Position numbers and translations under genes: made by a program. From IMG/VR virus record IMGVR_UViG_2671180268_000006: a stretch of 15,464 nucleotides of DNA; one strand, 5' to 3'. This document shows, in pieces, positions 1-8,693 of the stretch (position 1 is the stretch's first letter; the number at the start of each line of letters is the position of its first letter). This DNA comes from a virus. Taxonomy: Duplodnaviria > Heunggongvirae > Uroviricota > Caudoviricetes. The notes beneath the pieces are model-generated. The model was not told where the DNA came from. It did not search any database and saw nothing but the letters and a program-made list of their open reading frames with translations.

Positions 1-14
1 CTGTCCAATGTGCA

Positions 15-50
15 TAAAAAAATCCGGAAACAAGTGAGCGTTTCCGGATT
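15..50 (-). terminator. Candidate rho-independent terminator downstream of portal gene
   Basis: On the minus strand, hairpin TCCGGAAAC/GTTTCCGGA (plus 23-50) followed by a T-run (plus A-run 15-22), about 35 nt after the portal stop at 83-85. Not folded computationally. Confidence 0.4.
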
Positions 51-82
51 CTTACACAGCCACTGGATCGGTCAACTGATCC

Positions 83-1330
83 TTAACTGATCGGCATTAC
101 ACCACCGGGACGCGGATTCATATCTTCCAGGTCGCGGCAGTCATTGGAAGAGTAAATTCCCCAGTTGATCCCGGTGGCGTAGGCTTCAAAACGGGACTTC
201 ATATCCCCGCGCAGTAACGCCCCGGCGTTAAATTTGGCGTAATAAACGCCCTGCTTACTTTTTCGTACCAGTCCGGTGTTGATCCGCTGTTCGATGCGGG
301 TCAGATACGGCACCAGTGAATAGTTGATAAATCCCAGCCCCAGCTCTTCGATATTGTTGAAGGTGGCGCGATCGGTGTTCTGCACCATGTGCAACGGCAC
401 CCGGAACAGACGACAGATTTCTTCCAGCTGAAACTTGCGGGTTTCCAGGAACTGACTGTCCTCGGCGTTCAGCGCCATCGACTTCCAGTCCAGCCCCATT
501 TCCAGAATCATCGGGCGGTGAGCATTGCCAAGCCCCGTGTGACACTCCTCAAAATCTTTCTTCAGACGCTCGTAAGCATCCGGCGTGAGCTTTTGTTCCG
601 TACGCAACACACCGGATGTCACCGCACCATTACTAAACAACCTGGCACCGTGCTCCTCGGTTGCCGCTGCCAGTGAAATGGCCTCACGCGCATACGCAAT
701 GGGATTCAGCCCGACAAGTCCATCCAGCGTCAGGGTGCGCACATGCCAGATTTCATTCTGGGTCAACACATCCACGGAACCATCCGGAAACGTCACCTGA
801 TAAACCGGCTGCCACTGGCTGTTCAGCTTCGGTTCCACACAGCCCGGATCTATCGGAAGAAGCTCCACCACTTCTCCCAGTGCCTTTACCTTGTAGGCGT
901 AAAAATTCCCCCGTAGACACAGGCAGACAATAACCAGCTCCCAGAATTCCTGCGGTGTCATGTAGCCATTAGGTTTTGCCGAAACCAACTTATGCAGTCG
1001 TTCATCCACCGCCCGTGTTTTCAGGGTACCGCTGATTTTGTAGAGACTGCAGGGCAGCATACCAACAGACTCTGCCAGCACCCTGACGCAAGAATAGACC
1101 GCCGTCAGGCGCATGGCCCGCTGGCTACTGATCCGCTTTCCGGTATAGGTGTCGTATGACAGCCCGATAGCATCAGCAGTTCTGCTGGCGTGGTCACCGG
1201 CACATCGCTTTTTCGTTGAAATAATCCCGAAAAGAACACTATTTACCTCCGCCGACAGACTGCCGTGTACGGTCGAGATATCGCGCCACCAGCCACGACC
1301 AGAACAGGCACAGCGCCCCGGCAACAACAA
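83..1330 (-). CDS. Phage portal protein (HK97-like family)
   Basis: 415-aa ORF immediately downstream of the large terminase; [14 protein letters not shown]-type motif near the N-terminus and overall portal-like composition. Start is uncertain: the codon at 1330 is TTG, and no ATG/GTG/TTG lies between the end of the overlapping small ORF (1239) and the first internal ATG at 1114. Confidence 0.75.
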   Translation of the reverse strand: MLLPGRCACSGRGWWRDISTVHGSLSAEVNSVLFGIISTKKRCAGDHASRTADAIGLSYDTYTGKRISSQRAMRLTAVYSCVRVLAESVGMLPCSLYKISGTLKTRAVDERLHKLVSAKPNGYMTPQEFWELVIVCLCLRGNFYAYKVKALGEVVELLPIDPGCVEPKLNSQWQPVYQVTFPDGSVDVLTQNEIWHVRTLTLDGLVGLNPIAYAREAISLAAATEEHGARLFSNGAVTSGVLRTEQKLTPDAYERLKKDFEECHTGLGNAHRPMILEMGLDWKSMALNAEDSQFLETRKFQLEEICRLFRVPLHMVQNTDRATFNNIEELGLGFINYSLVPYLTRIEQRINTGLVRKSKQGVYYAKFNAGALLRGDMKSRFEAYATGINWGIYSSNDCRDLEDMNPRPGGVMPIS

Positions 1331-1421
1331 AACCCGCCGGGGGATAAATCAGCCAGGCACCATACGCCAGCAAAAGCGCACCCAGCACGCCCACCAGAGG
1401 CGCGAGAATCAGCATGATCAT
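1239..1421 (-). CDS. Small predicted membrane protein (two hydrophobic segments), function unknown
   Basis: 60-aa ORF with ATG start preceded by GAGG 5 nt upstream, placed 11 nt after the terminase stop. Product [49 protein letters not shown] is strongly hydrophobic. It overlaps the first 91 nt of the portal ORF in another frame. Confidence 0.45.
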   Translation of the reverse strand: MIMLILAPLVGVLGALLLAYGAWLIYPPAGFVVAGALCLFWSWLVARYLDRTRQSVGGGK

Positions 1422-1432
1422 AATTACCTCAG

Positions 1433-3166
1433 TTAAAGCGAGCGGATCCCGTAGGACTCAATGTGGTCAGACAGCGTGTCTTCTTTCTCGTACAGCATGG
1501 CTCTGCCAACCGCCATAATCAGCGCAACTGCACCATCGATTTTGTTTTCCGCCTGCTCTTTGACGGGTTTCACCACATCATCGTTACCCGGCATGTTTTT
1601 GCCGACCACGTTGCCGATACACCAGGTCATGATGGGATTGCCGTCATGATGAAAACGTCCCGATTCAATCGCTGCTTCCAGCTCTTTCATCGGATCGGAC
1701 ATATTGGTGAAGTTCTGGACGATAGTGACGGGATTCAGGTCTTCATCAGCAAGGTCATGTGACAACCCGGTCGCCCCGAAGGGGTCGATGGGTGACTCAC
1801 TGACCGGGCTGATTTTGTTCGCCGCTTTGGCCTCCTCGAGGATGTAGCGATAATCCACCTCCGCACCATCGGTAACGGTCAGAACGCCCATTTCCACCCA
1901 TTTCTGAAAGCGTTCGGCTGTCCGTCGATCTTCATTTTTCTCGACGCTGTACACCGTGTCATACGGTACCCAGAAACGCGGGGCCACACTGTAGTAATGC
2001 GTTTTACCGTCAATCTCGCGGGTATAAAGTCGCGCCATGCTGTTCATATCCAGCTTACGCGCCAGGTCAAAGGCCAGAATGCACGGCTGCCCCTCGAACT
2101 GCTCAAGGGTCAGTGATTTATCCTCGCAGCTCTGCCAGCTCACCAAGTTGAAATACGCCGAACGCGCCGACACCCAGATATTGAGGTGTTTTGTTTTAAA
2201 GACGTTTGCCAGACGGGCGTTATTTTTCGCACGCTGCTGCTGACTTAACAAAAATTCGCGATAAACCGACACGCCAATATTTGGATTGGCTTTTTCCAGC
2301 ACCTGCGGGCCGGTCCAGTCGTCACCTTCATCAACGGTATAGATGATCCCGAACAGTTCATCGTTAGGCACCGAGCCGTTGAGCATCTCGATGACTTCCC
2401 GCCGCTTGTCGTAGCACGGCCCCTCAATGTTGTACCCGGCGGTGGTGATGGCCCACATCAGTGGCTGACGTCGCGCCCCCATCCCGGTAAGCATTGTGGT
2501 ATAAAGCGCATCGGTGGCATGCTCGTGATATTCATCAACCACGGCACAGTGGGGTGATGAACCATCACCTGGGTTGCCGATCAGCGGTTCAAACCGCGCG
2601 CCATCCTCCGGACGGTTCATGTTTGAGGCGTTAACCTCAATCCCGAACGCTTCCGTCAGCATGGGTGTGCGTTTACACATCAGTCGCGCCGGGCGAAAGA
2701 CTTCCCACGCCTGTTTCTCTGTCGTGGCACCGGAATACACTTCCGCGCCAAACTCGTTATCACAGGCAAAACAATACAGGGCAACACCGGCAGAGATTGC
2801 TGATTTGCCGTTCTTACGGGGGATTTCGGTGTACACCTCCCGGAAGCGGCGCAACCGGGTGCCTTTATTGACCCAGCCAAACGCACAGCAGATCACAAAT
2901 AGCTGCCACGGCTCCAGCGTGATGGGCATCCGTTTGAATGCCCACTCCCCCTTGGTGTGCGGCAACAGCTGAATAAATTTCGCGGCCCGTTCAGCCAGGT
3001 CCTTGTCGAAGCGGTAACGAAACGACTTACTTTTTTCCGCCATCAGGTCATCAAGATGGCGCTGGCAGGCCTGAATCACAAACTGGCAGGCAACAATCTT
3101 TCCGCGCACGACATCCCGGGCATACTGATTTGCAGCATTTACGTTGGGGTAAGATTTCCGGCTCAT
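1433..3166 (-). CDS. Terminase large subunit
   Basis: 577-aa ORF with ATG start overlapping the small-subunit stop (ATGA). Size and position between small terminase and portal; family assignment is from recognition, not a search. Confidence 0.88.
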   Translation of the reverse strand: MSRKSYPNVNAANQYARDVVRGKIVACQFVIQACQRHLDDLMAEKSKSFRYRFDKDLAERAAKFIQLLPHTKGEWAFKRMPITLEPWQLFVICCAFGWVNKGTRLRRFREVYTEIPRKNGKSAISAGVALYCFACDNEFGAEVYSGATTEKQAWEVFRPARLMCKRTPMLTEAFGIEVNASNMNRPEDGARFEPLIGNPGDGSSPHCAVVDEYHEHATDALYTTMLTGMGARRQPLMWAITTAGYNIEGPCYDKRREVIEMLNGSVPNDELFGIIYTVDEGDDWTGPQVLEKANPNIGVSVYREFLLSQQQRAKNNARLANVFKTKHLNIWVSARSAYFNLVSWQSCEDKSLTLEQFEGQPCILAFDLARKLDMNSMARLYTREIDGKTHYYSVAPRFWVPYDTVYSVEKNEDRRTAERFQKWVEMGVLTVTDGAEVDYRYILEEAKAANKISPVSESPIDPFGATGLSHDLADEDLNPVTIVQNFTNMSDPMKELEAAIESGRFHHDGNPIMTWCIGNVVGKNMPGNDDVVKPVKEQAENKIDGAVALIMAVGRAMLYEKEDTLSDHIESYGIRSL

Positions 3167-3657
3167 GATTCGATAATTTTCAGAAACGGGTTAGTGGCTT
3201 TCTTCTGCCCCGCCAGGCCAATCAGACGCTGGCGGCTGCTGGGGTCGAGTCCGAGCATTGCCCCCGTGCTGCTCATCTCGGACTCCTGTTCTTTTTTGGC
3301 GGTCAGCTCCGGATTTTTGACCCTGCCGCCCATTGCACCGGTGATGGTGTTGCCCTGTATGGCAATATTTTTCACGGCACGTCGCCAGAACTCATAGGCC
3401 ACGCACCACCGCTCAAGTACCGCCAGGTCAGTCACGCACAGCAGGCCCTGACCGCAGAGTTCTTTGGTTGTCAGTTGCCACATGATCGTGGCGAGAGGGA
3501 GATCTTCTTCAGCGAACCACTCTGGTGGCTCAACACCTTTGATGGGCGTAAAAACAGGTTCATCTTTGTTCAGGGCTCGCTTGCCGGGGTTTCCGGCCAG
3601 CGCCTTGCGCGCCGTTGGCTTGGGGCGACGCCCGGAACGCCCCGCCGTTCCAGCCAT
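3163..3657 (-). CDS. Terminase small subunit (P27-family-like)
   Basis: Track ORF 3163..3666 begins at GTG with no spacing from AGGAG; the ATG at 3657 sits 8 nt downstream of AGGAG, giving 164 aa. Basic N-terminus ([13 protein letters not shown]) and position directly upstream of terL. Confidence 0.8.
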   Translation of the reverse strand: MAGTAGRSGRRPKPTARKALAGNPGKRALNKDEPVFTPIKGVEPPEWFAEEDLPLATIMWQLTTKELCGQGLLCVTDLAVLERWCVAYEFWRRAVKNIAIQGNTITGAMGGRVKNPELTAKKEQESEMSSTGAMLGLDPSSRQRLIGLAGQKKATNPFLKIIES

Positions 3658-3666
3658 ATGCGGCAC

Positions 3667-3778
3667 TCCTGGTTAAATTTCATTTTTCGCGGGTATAAAA
3701 AAACGATGGGGCGGGCAGTCCGGAAGACGTCAGGTCACAGGGATTTGCCCCGCCCCTCCCTACAAGTGAGAATAATTA
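3667..3778 (-). other. HNH-terS intergenic region with GC-rich inverted repeat; candidate cos site and/or terminator
   Basis: Plus 3708-3718 GGGGCGGGCAG and 3747-3756 GCCCCGCCCC form an imperfect inverted repeat, followed on the minus strand by a T-run (plus 3696-3703). In HK97-like phages cos lies between the HNH gene and terS. Inference only. Confidence 0.3.
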
Positions 3779-4129
3779 TCACCGGATTCGTTCGCGCGCT
3801 GTTTTCGCTTTATGGCAGGGCCAGCACAGACTCTGCAGGTTGCTGTCTGCGTCTGTTCCGCCATGCGCTTTCGGGATGATGTGGTCGACGGTTTTCGCCT
3901 CGCTCACCACACCGACACGCAGACACAACTGACACAGACCTTTATCGCGCTTCAGAATACGGGCACGAATCACCGTCCATTTTGAGCCATAGCCACGCTG
4001 GTGGCGGCTCAGTCCGCGCTGGTGCTGCACCCAGCCTTCACCGCGATGTTTATCGCAGTAACCCGAACTGTCTGTGGTTGTACCTGCACATCCACGCTTA
4101 CGGCAGGCACGTGGGATTAGTGATGGCAT
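3779..4129 (-). CDS. HNH endonuclease (terminase-associated)
   Basis: 116 aa, ATG with GAGG 6 nt upstream. Cys pairs (CRKRGC, CDKH) and DHIIPKAHGG...N...CWPCH motif typical of HNH nucleases; adjacent to terS as in HK97-like packaging modules. Confidence 0.85.
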   Translation of the reverse strand: MPSLIPRACRKRGCAGTTTDSSGYCDKHRGEGWVQHQRGLSRHQRGYGSKWTVIRARILKRDKGLCQLCLRVGVVSEAKTVDHIIPKAHGGTDADSNLQSLCWPCHKAKTARERIR

Positions 4130-4171
4130 AAATACCTCATACCCTGCGAAATGTTTACCACGATAAAAAGG

Positions 4172-4636
4172 CTACTTAATGCACTGAGTGCGGATATACT
4201 CCTGTGCCCCTTCCAGTTGCATCTGCATCGTCATCAGCCGCTCTCTGAGGGTGAAATAATCCCGTTCAGCGGTGTCTGCCAGTCGGGGGCTGGTTGCATT
4301 ATCCACGCCGGAGGCGGTGGTGGCTTCACGCACTGACTGACAGACTGCTTTGATGTGCAACCGACGACGACCAGCGGCAACATCAGCGCGCAGAGTTTCA
4401 TTTTCAGCTTTCGCATCAGCTAACTCCTTCGTGTATTTAGCATCGAGTGCATTAACATCACGCTGTCTCTGCTGCATGTCAGTAATGGTTGCGTTCGCCA
4501 GCTTCAGTTCTCTTGCGTTTTTGTCGCGCTGCTCTTTGTAGGTAATGGCGTTATCACGGTAATGATTAACAGCCCATGACAGGCAGACGATGATGCAGAT
4601 AACCAGAGCGGAGATAATCGCGGTGACTCTGCTCAT
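4172..4636 (-). CDS. Rz: Rz i-spanin
   Basis: Translation [34 protein letters not shown]... closely matches lambda Rz as I recall it; start ATG overlaps the R stop (ATGA). Track ORF starts 4 codons earlier at GTG. Confidence 0.9.
   Translation of the reverse strand: MSRVTAIISALVICIIVCLSWAVNHYRDNAITYKEQRDKNARELKLANATITDMQQRQRDVNALDAKYTKELADAKAENETLRADVAAGRRRLHIKAVCQSVREATTASGVDNATSPRLADTAERDYFTLRERLMTMQMQLEGAQEYIRTQCIK
4234..4416 (-). CDS. Rz1: Rz1 o-spanin (lipoprotein) embedded in Rz in the +1 frame
   Basis: 60 aa, [38 protein letters not shown]...; lipobox LVVVGC and proline-rich stretch as in lambda Rz1; lies wholly inside Rz. Confidence 0.85.
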   Translation of the reverse strand: MRKLKMKLCALMLPLVVVGCTSKQSVSQCVKPPPPPAWIMQPAPDWQTPLNGIISPSESG

Positions 4637-5130
4637 TGCTGCCCCCACAAACAGACTTCACGCTCAATCTCACGACGGGTCATCAGCCCTTTCCATTGCT
4701 TACCGCCAGCATATGTCCAGCGACATAGCTGGTCACATGCGCCTTTGATATAGCCCTGGTTTATTTTGCGAAGAAGCGTCGATGTTCTGAAATTGCCAGC
4801 GCCCACGTTGTAAACGAACGAGTAAAGAGCGCCGCGCGTTGTTTCCGGTATATCGACTTTGATGTACGGGTTAATTTGTCTGGCGACAGTGGCAAGGTCT
4901 TTATTCAGGAGGGCTTTGCATTCTGCTTCGGTATACGTTTTACCGAGCATGATGTCTTTTCCGGTGTGTCCGTGACATACAGTCCATACACCAATGATAT
5001 CTTTGTATGGTATGTAGCTGACACCTTCCAGACCATCGTTACCACCTGGGCCAGTGATTAACACAGATGCTATAGCAACAGCCCCACCACCAATAGCAGC
5101 TGCAACAGCCTTGCGTAATGATGGCGACAT
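4633..5130 (-). CDS. R: SAR endolysin (phage-21 R-like lysozyme)
   Basis: 165 aa; N-terminal Gly/Ala-rich weakly hydrophobic SAR-like segment ([20 protein letters not shown]) followed by a lysozyme-like domain. Start overlaps S stop (TAATG). Match to phage 21 R is from memory. Confidence 0.88.
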   Translation of the reverse strand: MSPSLRKAVAAAIGGGAVAIASVLITGPGGNDGLEGVSYIPYKDIIGVWTVCHGHTGKDIMLGKTYTEAECKALLNKDLATVARQINPYIKVDIPETTRGALYSFVYNVGAGNFRTSTLLRKINQGYIKGACDQLCRWTYAGGKQWKGLMTRREIEREVCLWGQQ

Positions 5131-5345
5131 TATTCACCTCTCGCAGCCTTACGCTTGTCTTCTCTTATTTTGAAATACAGATTTGTCAGATAAGTCAGAA
5201 GCCCCAGAAGCAGACTTCCCAGCACACCAATCGCAGCCCACTGTGATGGACTGACCTGATCCAACCACTGCAAAAACCAGTAGCCGGCACTGCCGGCGGA
5301 GGTGCCGTAGGCAATGCCTGTTGATATTTTTTCCATCTGATACAT
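5130..5345 (-). CDS. S: Class II holin / pinholin (phage-21 S-like) with dual-start motif
   Basis: 71 aa, [53 protein letters not shown]...; two in-frame ATGs at codons 1 and 4 (5345 and 5336), matching the S21 antiholin/holin arrangement as I recall it. Confidence 0.88.
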   Translation of the reverse strand: MYQMEKISTGIAYGTSAGSAGYWFLQWLDQVSPSQWAAIGVLGSLLLGLLTYLTNLYFKIREDKRKAARGE

Positions 5346-5376
5346 ATCCCGCCCCCCGACAGACCTGTGCTATCGG

Positions 5377-5411
5377 AAAGAAAAAAGGCCATCAGCAAAA
5401 CTCTGATGGCC
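5377..5411 (-). terminator. Candidate rho-independent terminator upstream of S
   Basis: Minus-strand hairpin GGCCATCAG(8-nt loop)CTGATGGCC (plus 5387-5411) followed by TTTTTTCTTT (plus A-run 5378-5386). Q-modified polymerase would be expected to read through. Confidence 0.45.
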
Positions 5412-6025
5412 TGAATCACCTTTACCAATATTGTATGAAAAAACACGCACGACTAATTGACAATAATTTTCATTTCCATTAAAAAAGATCGCGTAGCATT
5501 CTTAATTCATGAGGAACTTTACCCGCCAGCAATCTGAGTAGCGAAAGCTGTTCATCCCCAATGTTTTTGCTGGCGGGTCCTTTTTTCTACGGTCCTCCTC
5601 CCCGGAGGGGGGCATTTCATTATTTTTCTAATCGTTACTGGTGAGAAGGCGGAAGAAAAAGCCAGTTCTTCGCCCCTAAATAACAGCATGATTCCAGTCC
5701 ATGCAAAATCTGATTTCCAGCTCACACATACCGAGCACTGTACAAAAAACCGCCAGCCAAGGCAGTTAAGAGTGTGTTCCCGGGGTTTGCTTAGAATATT
5801 TTGTAAGTTGTCCGAAGAGATATTTACAACACCAGAATGATGAATCATCAGTCCCCTGCCAGAGGTTCACTACGTAACCTGACCGACAATGCACCATTCT
5901 GGTGCTGAAAAAAGAGCACTGGAACTGCAACAAAACAACATCACAGAACAGGAGATGGTAAGGAGTCAGACATTCCCACACAATATTGTGTCAGTGCAAA
6001 TAACAACCTTCGTCTCAAATCTCGC

Positions 6026-6100
<75 letters not shown>

Positions 6101-6103
6101 ATA

Positions 6104-6179
<76 letters not shown>

Positions 6180-6181
6180 GC

Positions 6182-6258
6182 TGGCCCACCACCGAGGACT
6201 CGAACCTCGCACCGTCAACTTAGAAGGTTGATGCTCTATCCGGATGAGCTAGTGGTGG
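6182..6258 (-). tRNA. tRNA-Arg (anticodon UCU), atypical C1-G72 acceptor pair
   Basis: TAGCTCA D-arm, anticodon stem TCAAC/GTTGA, loop CTTCTAA, T-arm CGAGG-TTCGAGT-CCTCG, acceptor CCACCAC/GTGGTGG, discriminator G, CCA encoded. The 5' nucleotide is C, not the usual G. Confidence 0.78.
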
Positions 6259-6259
6259 T

Positions 6260-6336
6260 TGGTGGCCCTTGCTGGACTTGAACCAGCGACCTGGCGATTA
6301 TGAGTCGCTCGCTCTGACCAACTGAGCTAAAGGGCC
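6260..6336 (-). tRNA. tRNA with CAU anticodon, ileX-like (tRNA-Ile2 via lysidine, or elongator Met)
   Basis: GGCCCTTTAGCTCAGTTGGTCAGAGCGAGCGACTCATAATCGCCAGGTCGCTGGTTCAAGTCCAGCAAGGGCCACCA; acceptor GGCCCTT/AAGGGCC; anticodon loop CTCATAA. Similarity to E. coli ileX is from memory. Confidence 0.85.
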
Positions 6337-6525
6337 GGAGGCAGAATAATAACCATATGTCATCACATCTGCAAACTCATCTGACCACCAGCACGTTTAA
6401 CGTCCTGTGCCGTTTTTCAGGTATAAAAAAACCCGCTCATCGGCGGGTTTAAGCTGTGTGGCGTAGTAACCACTCTTAACAGGATATTCAACTTTTTACG
6501 ATCGTAAAGTTTTCGGAAAAAATTT

Positions 6526-7095
6526 TTAAAACCGCATCAACCGCTCCACCAGTTGCTCTTTACGGGCAACGATCCACCCGTGTTGCTCCAGATAAAATTT
6601 AAACCGTTCCAGAGTACATACCATCGCATCGGCGGGTACCTTTTCCGTGAACTCAACCTGACCGTGTTTATCGAAGTGGCTCAGTAATGCGCATCCATCA
6701 TTTTCGATAGATGTGTTTTGTGCCGCTGGTGGCTGTTTCTGGTTGAAATAACAGTCTTCCAGTTTTTCGAACACTTCCCACGCCTGATCGGTTTCGAGCA
6801 TTTTGGCGTGACGGGCTGCGCCACGTTCTGTCCAGAGGATGAGGGAGCGAACGTTACGGGCAATTTTCACAGAAACTCTTAAAGAGTTTTCGTTCTTCAA
6901 CTCTCGTAACGCATCACCTTCTATCAGGAAAAAATGTTTACCTTCTATAAACCGTTCTTTGTTTCGATTGAAATTGTTTGTCAAACGCTGGCGCTCTGTT
7001 CCGTACAAATCAGCCAGCAGCTCTGTTGTCATGACAGGAAGATGGTTATGCGTAAGTGACGGGAGTTTTTCAATAGACGTGCGATTCATAGACAT
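6526..7095 (-). CDS. ORF6N-like (Bro-N/antirepressor-like) domain phage protein, function unknown
   Basis: Track ORF 6526..7287, but the first ATG with an upstream AAAGGA is at 7095 (MSMNRTSIEKLPSLTHNHLPVMTTELLADLYGTERQRL...), about 189 aa. Domain name is from recognition of this N-terminal pattern, not a search. Confidence 0.65.
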   Translation of the reverse strand: MSMNRTSIEKLPSLTHNHLPVMTTELLADLYGTERQRLTNNFNRNKERFIEGKHFFLIEGDALRELKNENSLRVSVKIARNVRSLILWTERGAARHAKMLETDQAWEVFEKLEDCYFNQKQPPAAQNTSIENDGCALLSHFDKHGQVEFTEKVPADAMVCTLERFKFYLEQHGWIVARKEQLVERLMRF

Positions 7096-7448
7096 GTCCT
7101 TTCGAATATTTTGATTTACCCCTTTTGAGAGGGTGACCGGGCGCTCAAAACCGTCGAAAGTCGGCGGGCGTATTTCCATTGCTGGTATTGTATTAGCCGC
7201 ACACCCGGTCATAAACCAAGAATTCTGGACACAAAAAAACCACATGGCTATCGGGTGTGGATACCGCTTTCGAGGTGTTTTGAGCACCGCGGGGAAATGT
7301 AAACTGCAAACCTGAAACTGTCAACACCGTCAGGTTCCAATCATCGGGTGGTGAGACGCACAGGGTTGGAACTACCGGGAAACCGACCGGCGAGCTTTTC
7401 AGCTCCCCCATGCGCCCCACCATAATTCAGATGTGCGCGTGCATACGA

Positions 7449-7475
7449 CAATAAAAAACACGCTCGCGGCGTGTG
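7449..7475 (-). terminator. Candidate tR'-like terminator downstream of Q
   Basis: Minus strand CACGC-CGCGA-GCGTG hairpin (plus 7459-7473) followed by TTTTTTATT (plus A-run 7451-7458), about 60-70 nt downstream of the candidate pR'. Confidence 0.45.
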
Positions 7476-7535
7476 TCTGTCGCGGTCTCTATCCGGGGTT
7501 CCAATCCCGACGCCAGATTTTGCTGGCGCGTGAGG

Positions 7536-7565
7536 AATATAGCCCCGGACAATGTGTCTGGTCAA
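7536..7565 (-). promoter_or_regulatory. Candidate late promoter pR' (TTGACC-18 nt-TATATT)
   Basis: On the minus strand just after the Q stop (7570): -35 TTGACC (plus 7560-7565), 18-nt spacer, -10 TATATT (plus 7536-7541). Position matches the lambdoid Q/pR'/tR' arrangement. Confidence 0.4.
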
Positions 7566-7569
7566 GCAC

Positions 7570-7956
7570 CTACATAATTCGTTCTACGTATCTGTCCATC
7601 TCCAGCCGGATATCAAGCATCATCAACATGCCATCAATAACCCCTTCCGCTTTCTGCAGGCGCTTGCCAATACAGGTATCCGAACACCCATGTTTCCGTG
7701 CCAGACTCATAAAAGTCATTCCACCTACGTAATAATCCACCAGCAAATCGTGCAAATCCTGATTTTTCTTGTTCAACCGGGCCATACAGCCACAAATTAT
7801 CATTGCATCATCATCAGAACACTGAGGGCGTGATTTCACTTTCGACGGAATTAACCCTTTAAAACCAGCAGCGATCGACGCCCAGGATACATCTTCATGA
7901 GTGTTTGCAGCCCAAGCCCCCCACCGTTCCATAACCTGCTGAATATCACGCGCCAT
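7570..7956 (-). CDS. Q: Antitermination protein Q (82/21-type)
   Basis: [64 protein letters not shown]... is typical of the non-lambda Q family. Start chosen at ATG 7956 (AGGTGA 6 nt upstream); track ORF begins 7 codons earlier at 7977. Confidence 0.85.
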   Translation of the reverse strand: MARDIQQVMERWGAWAANTHEDVSWASIAAGFKGLIPSKVKSRPQCSDDDAMIICGCMARLNKKNQDLHDLLVDYYVGGMTFMSLARKHGCSDTCIGKRLQKAEGVIDGMLMMLDIRLEMDRYVERIM

Positions 7957-8317
7957 CGTTATCACCTGTGATTTCATAAATCTTCACGCCCAGTCGCCCA
8001 CCAGGAACGAGCTGACCGCGCACAATATTGATTTCATCAAACTGCTCGTCGTCTATGAGTAGTCCGGCATGCGTCAGCGCATCCAGTGGTGCTTTCAGGA
8101 TATTGTCCAGGTCACGACGGCGCTTATCCGGTGGCTCTGCAATAATCTTTATCGCCAGCCTTCCGGACAGGTTTAATTTCAGCCGCTGCTGGCGAACAAT
8201 TAGCGTCACATCACGGCGATAACGCTCACCAACTTTTGATACAAAATATGTGCTGCCACGACGTCGCCAGTAAGTATTCACCGTCGGCGGATAAGGTAAA
8301 ATAAACTCATGGCGCAT
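7946..8317 (-). CDS. rusA: RusA Holliday-junction resolvase
   Basis: 123 aa; [14 protein letters not shown]-terminus and [29 protein letters not shown] acidic catalytic region characteristic of RusA. Start overlaps the stop of the upstream 85-aa ORF. Confidence 0.9.
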   Translation of the reverse strand: MRHEFILPYPPTVNTYWRRRGSTYFVSKVGERYRRDVTLIVRQQRLKLNLSGRLAIKIIAEPPDKRRRDLDNILKAPLDALTHAGLLIDDEQFDEINIVRGQLVPGGRLGVKIYEITGDNDGA

Positions 8318-8693
8318 CAGCGCAGCACCTCCTGCACCATTTTTTCAAACTTTCCAACTTTGGTTTCCAGCTCTGCCACACAATCAACGAGCTCATCCAC
8401 CGCTTTTTGTGCGCGATGTTTCGCCTGCATCAGTTCCCTGAGCGCTGGCACCATATCCCGACGAATGGCATCTTTTGTTACACCTGTTTTTTCCAGTTGT
8501 TCCGCCTGTCGCAACATTTCCTGCGCGTGTTTACGCAATTGTTCAGAGGTAAAAGTCATTGTCTGGTTGTTCAAAAGAAACGCTCCATCTTACTGCTGTC
8601 GGTACGTGTATTGCTGTATCTGCGCGGCTGGGGCTGCCGCATTGGGGTGGAAAGAACCTGTGCGCTTTCCTGGTCCACAGGCAGAAAATGTCC
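8211..8693 (-). repeat. Inverted repeat copy A (helicase 3' end, 85-aa gene, rusA 5' end)
   Basis: Reverse complement is highly similar to 12018..12500. Judged from aligned translations (helicase C-terminus ...SSKMERFF, about 6 substitutions in the 85-aa protein, first 35 RusA residues nearly identical). Exact identity not computed. Confidence 0.8.
8317..8574 (-). CDS. Conserved small phage protein with coiled-coil character, function unknown
   Basis: 85-aa ORF (MNNQTMTFTSEQLRKHAQEMLRQAEQLEKTG...). Track start at 8574 is TTG overlapping the helicase stop; the first ATG is at 8559. A near-identical copy lies at 12137..12394 on the plus strand. Confidence 0.6.
   Translation of the reverse strand: MNNQTMTFTSEQLRKHAQEMLRQAEQLEKTGVTKDAIRRDMVPALRELMQAKHRAQKAVDELVDCVAELETKVGKFEKMVQEVLR

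Noticed and set aside
255-933. Several ORFs of 71-96 aa (255..545 minus, 389..676 plus, 585..800 plus, 661..933 plus) inside the portal gene
   Set aside because: They lie wholly within a long, well-supported CDS in other frames or on the other strand, with no RBS or recognisable motif; typical GC-rich frame artefacts.
1461-3397. ORFs of 60-146 aa on both strands within the large terminase and terS genes (for example 1463..1762, 2574..2972, 2957..3397)
   Set aside because: Embedded in or antisense to the terminase CDSs, without start context; considered spurious.
5552-5981. Minus-strand ORFs 5552..5848 (98 aa) and 5766..5981 (71 aa) in the tRNA-to-holin interval
   Set aside because: No convincing RBS, Cys/Trp-rich low-complexity translations, and they overlap predicted hairpins; the region looks non-coding and regulatory. 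Small real genes cannot be fully excluded.
5346-6025. Possible Shiga-toxin or other large cargo between tRNAs and S in segment 1
   Set aside because: The interval is only about 680 bp with no A/B-subunit-like ORFs; too short for stxAB and nothing toxin-like was seen.
6526-7287. Full 253-aa version of the ORF6N-like ORF
   Set aside because: The first 64 codons lack an ATG with RBS and read as hydrophobic/Cys-rich filler; the start at 7095 is better supported.
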